Origin: an uncultured Planctomycetaceae bacterium
GTDB taxonomy: Bacteria; Planctomycetota; Planctomycetia; Isosphaerales; Isosphaeraceae
Assembly: GCA_963833985.1 (NCBI GenBank)
Contig: CAWIAD010000002.1
Location: forward strand, 1,248,001 to 1,312,000
Direction: 5' to 3'
Length of the DNA stretch: 64,000 nucleotides
Positions 61,450 to 64,000 of this stretch are shown piece by piece. Below the pieces are notes generated by a model, which saw only the letters and a program-made list of their open reading frames with translations, had not been told where the DNA came from and ran no database searches. The stretch's first letter is position 1. Every line of letters starts with the position of its first letter. A program made the translations under genes and the position numbers.

Positions 61450-62073
61450 TTGTCACTCAGATTTCAAGAAAGGGGGGAGATCTTGTCCGAGCGAAGCATC
61501 CTGCTGGGGGTCAGCAGCAATTGCAGCGACGCGATCGATGGACGTGTCTTCGTGTCGATTCCGTTCGATCGACAGACTCTGGGACACCTTCCGGGTCGTG
61601 CCAGCTGCTATCGCAAGGCCAGGGAGGTCTACCCGGACCTCTACGATACCTACGAGTTTCACTACCTGCCACAGTGGTACGAGACGGGCAAGAGCGAGGA
61701 GTATGACAACCAGTCCGATCGCGACAAGCTCGCGAGGCTCTCGTACGACGCCGAACCTGGCGAGGGAAGTCCCTGTGACGGGTCTCTGTGTGAGGGCCTG
61801 GACAGGCTCGAAGCTCAGGAAGTCAACGCGCTCGTGGTCCCTGCGGAGACGCTCCCCAGCACCGGGAACATGCGTACCGAGTGCGATCAGCTCGTGATGT
61901 CGCGGCGCGGCGATGCTTCCGACATCGTCGACCTGCGATGGATCTGCTACGTCAAGCACACGGACGTCGAGCTGCGGACGACAGAGATCAATTCCGAGGA
62001 CATTGACCACTGGCTCACCGAGCTTGAACAAGAGGAGGACCATGTCGAAGAAGCGACCCAGGGTCGATCCTGA
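61450..62073 (+). CDS. Hypothetical protein; start uncertain
   Basis: Acidic ORF with coding-like bias, co-oriented with its neighbours. Confidence 0.6.
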   Translation: MSLRFQERGEILSERSILLGVSSNCSDAIDGRVFVSIPFDRQTLGHLPGRASCYRKAREVYPDLYDTYEFHYLPQWYETGKSEEYDNQSDRDKLARLSYDAEPGEGSPCDGSLCEGLDRLEAQEVNALVVPAETLPSTGNMRTECDQLVMSRRGDASDIVDLRWICYVKHTDVELRTTEINSEDIDHWLTELEQEEDHVEEATQGRS

Positions 62074-62353
62074 CGACGAGGGTAGACGATTGATCGTGAT
62101 CGACCCTGGAGGCGAGGTCGTCCAGATAGCGAGGGATGTTGCATGAGCCGGCGTTCCATTCTCGCGGACGAATATCAACCAAAGCTTGAGGCTTTCGCCA
62201 TCGCATTCTTCGATCCCAGCCAGTAACAACTCCGCAGTCGTTGTCGCTTGTGCGGACGCGTCCACCACACCTGCGGACACGCACGCGGCGAATCCCAAGT
62301 GCTAAACATGTATCCCGAGACCAACGCGGGGAGAGCAACGGAGGAGATCAGAG

Positions 62354-62767
62354 ATGTCAGCCTGGTACGCGATAAGCGGCAGTGTCCAGGTCCGAAGATG
62401 CCCGGAGGTTTGCGCAATCGCCGCGAGGATCCTAGCGCACTGTGATCGCGACTTCGCGGTTCGCCTGGCACCACAGGATTCCGAGTTCGAAGAGTTCACC
62501 ATCGAAGGGGCGGGCGAATTTGCCGCGGGTGGCGTGCTGGTGCTCGACGAACTGCTCGAGTCGCTGGGCCCTTACGCGCTCGAAGCGGCCGTCCTGACCG
62601 CTGAGTACGAGAACGAGCCCTGCGAACTCGTGATCGCACCGACATCCGAAGCTGGCGCAACCGCTTTGAGCCACTACCGCATGAACCAGATCAAGCCGAT
62701 GCTACAGGACCTGACGGCTCAGGACCATCAGTCCTTGGTGATCCTCATGCGAGAGCCGGATAGTTGA
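62354..62767 (+). CDS. Hypothetical protein
   Basis: GGAG upstream of ATG; 137-aa acidic ORF. Confidence 0.65.
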   Translation: MSAWYAISGSVQVRRCPEVCAIAARILAHCDRDFAVRLAPQDSEFEEFTIEGAGEFAAGGVLVLDELLESLGPYALEAAVLTAEYENEPCELVIAPTSEAGATALSHYRMNQIKPMLQDLTAQDHQSLVILMREPDS

Positions 62768-62847
62768 TTCCCGGCCCGCGTGCCGAGAGGTATGGACCGT
62801 ATTCGAGGGCGGACTCAGTGTCCGCCTTTTCCTTTTCTGGAGGTTTC

Positions 62848-63834
62848 ATGAGCACCCTGATTGACCGCACTGAATCCCGATCAACCAATGGCCGCACCGG
62901 TACGGATCACTCCACTCCGGCTGACCGGCTCCGCAACTCGATGGCCGCCTGCCGGGTCCAGTTCACGTGGTTCGGCACCAAGAAGGCCTTGACGGCCGAG
63001 CAGAAGGCCCAGGCGGCCGAGCCGTTCGACGCAGAGGGCCAGTTCCTTTCCTCTGGCAAGAAGCTGCTCGACACGAAGCACAGCGCGTTCCGGGCCGTCA
63101 CGGCGATCCGGACCAAGATCACCGATTACTGGCGTGGTCTGACGATGCCGTTCCCCGAACCCGGCGTCCGGCTGATCAGGCACGATCAGGTCGAGGGGTT
63201 TGACCAGCAGATGGCTGACTTCAAAGTCGAGCTGGATGAAGCCGTCAAAACGCTCGACCGATGCTTCGAGGAGCTGAAGCAGGCGGCTGCTCAGCGACTT
63301 GGTTCCTTGTTCAATCCGGCTGATTACCCGGCAACCCTGGTCGGTCTGTTCGGTGTCTCCTGGGACTACCCGAACATCGAGCCGCCCGACTACCTGATCG
63401 GGCTCTCACCGGACCTTTACCGGCAGGAGCAGGAGCGAGTGAGAACACGCTTCGAGGAAGCGGTTCAGCTCGCAGAGCAGGCCTTTCTCGACGAGTTCGC
63501 CAAGTTGGTCACGCACCTGACCGAACGGATCTCGGGCACCAACGAGGATGGCACGCCGAAGGTCTTCCGCGACTCGGCGGTCGATAACCTCTACGCATTC
63601 TTCGAGCGATTTCGCTCGCTGAATGTCCGCAGCAACCAGCAGCTGGACGACCTGGTCACGCAAGCGCAGCGAGCCGTGCGCGGTGTCGCGGCACAGGATC
63701 TCCGGGACAGCCAGTCGATTCGCCAGGAGGTCACCACGCAGCTGGCACAGGTCCGGACCACGCTGGACGCGATGCTGATCGAGCGGCCCCGGCGAAGGAT
63801 CCTGCGCAATGCAGCCGCAGGTGGGGAGGGCTGA
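62848..63834 (+). CDS. DUF3150-like coiled-coil protein
   Basis: GGAGG upstream; W.GT.K.L, GKKLLDT, PFPEPGVRL, FRDSAV.NL, RPRRRILR. Confidence 0.7.
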   Translation: MSTLIDRTESRSTNGRTGTDHSTPADRLRNSMAACRVQFTWFGTKKALTAEQKAQAAEPFDAEGQFLSSGKKLLDTKHSAFRAVTAIRTKITDYWRGLTMPFPEPGVRLIRHDQVEGFDQQMADFKVELDEAVKTLDRCFEELKQAAAQRLGSLFNPADYPATLVGLFGVSWDYPNIEPPDYLIGLSPDLYRQEQERVRTRFEEAVQLAEQAFLDEFAKLVTHLTERISGTNEDGTPKVFRDSAVDNLYAFFERFRSLNVRSNQQLDDLVTQAQRAVRGVAAQDLRDSQSIRQEVTTQLAQVRTTLDAMLIERPRRRILRNAAAGGEG

Positions 63835-64000
63835 TGGACCTGGTTGTTCTTCCCGATGGAACCATCCGAGCTGTTTACGCCGAGGAGATCGACCTGGGTG
63901 TTCTTGGTCGGGCCATGATCATGCGGGCCAGTCATGTCGAGCCCGATGAGCAGGGTCGCTGGATCGCGGATCTGACGCCGGTGGCCGGTCCGGTCCTCGG
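63834..64000 (+). CDS. Hypothetical protein, 3'-truncated by the window edge
   Basis: TGATG coupling; MDLVVLPDGTIRAVYAEEIDL..LG...RASHVEPD..G.W.ADL. Confidence 0.75.
   Translation, partial: MDLVVLPDGTIRAVYAEEIDLGVLGRAMIMRASHVEPDEQGRWIADLTPVAGPVL

Noticed and set aside
1..64000. tRNA or rRNA genes and integrase att sites
   Set aside because: None recognised by eye; tRNAscan-SE and a repeat search would be needed to exclude them.

Overview
High-GC bacterial DNA in three blocks. (1) 1-~25.9 kb is a dense, left-truncated natural-product gene cluster. A 108-aa candidate RiPP precursor ends in FYDNCDCGGTVGTQCW. It is followed by two radical SAM/SPASM enzymes, a DMATS-type aromatic prenyltransferase, a B12-radical SAM, a nucleotide-sugar dehydrogenase fused to an unrecognised ~430-aa domain, a PIG-L deacetylase, a TIM-barrel enzyme and a hexapeptide acyltransferase. 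Converging on these is a minus-strand run of DUF3419/BtaA-like transferase, Fe/2OG hydroxylase, PLP decarboxylase(-rhodanese), pheS and pheT. Further right are a cupin, a second B12-radical SAM, a TauD dioxygenase and a DUF3050 protein. A phenylalanyl-tRNA synthetase embedded in a biosynthetic run, outside its usual context, is the most striking feature and suggests self-resistance or a tRNA-linked step. (2) ~26-45.6 kb holds accessory hydrolase, redox and efflux genes, gene relics and an intact ISAs1 element. (3) ~45.9-64 kb is an island with planctomycete-style genes: an atypical tyrosine recombinase, a TPR Ser/Thr kinase, a carotenoid-type desaturase pair, a DUF1257-DUF2997-AAA-DUF3150-like module and an IS1634 element. 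About 11 small frameshifts in otherwise intact genes suggest sequencing or assembly indel errors. All family calls come from motif recognition by eye, with no database search.
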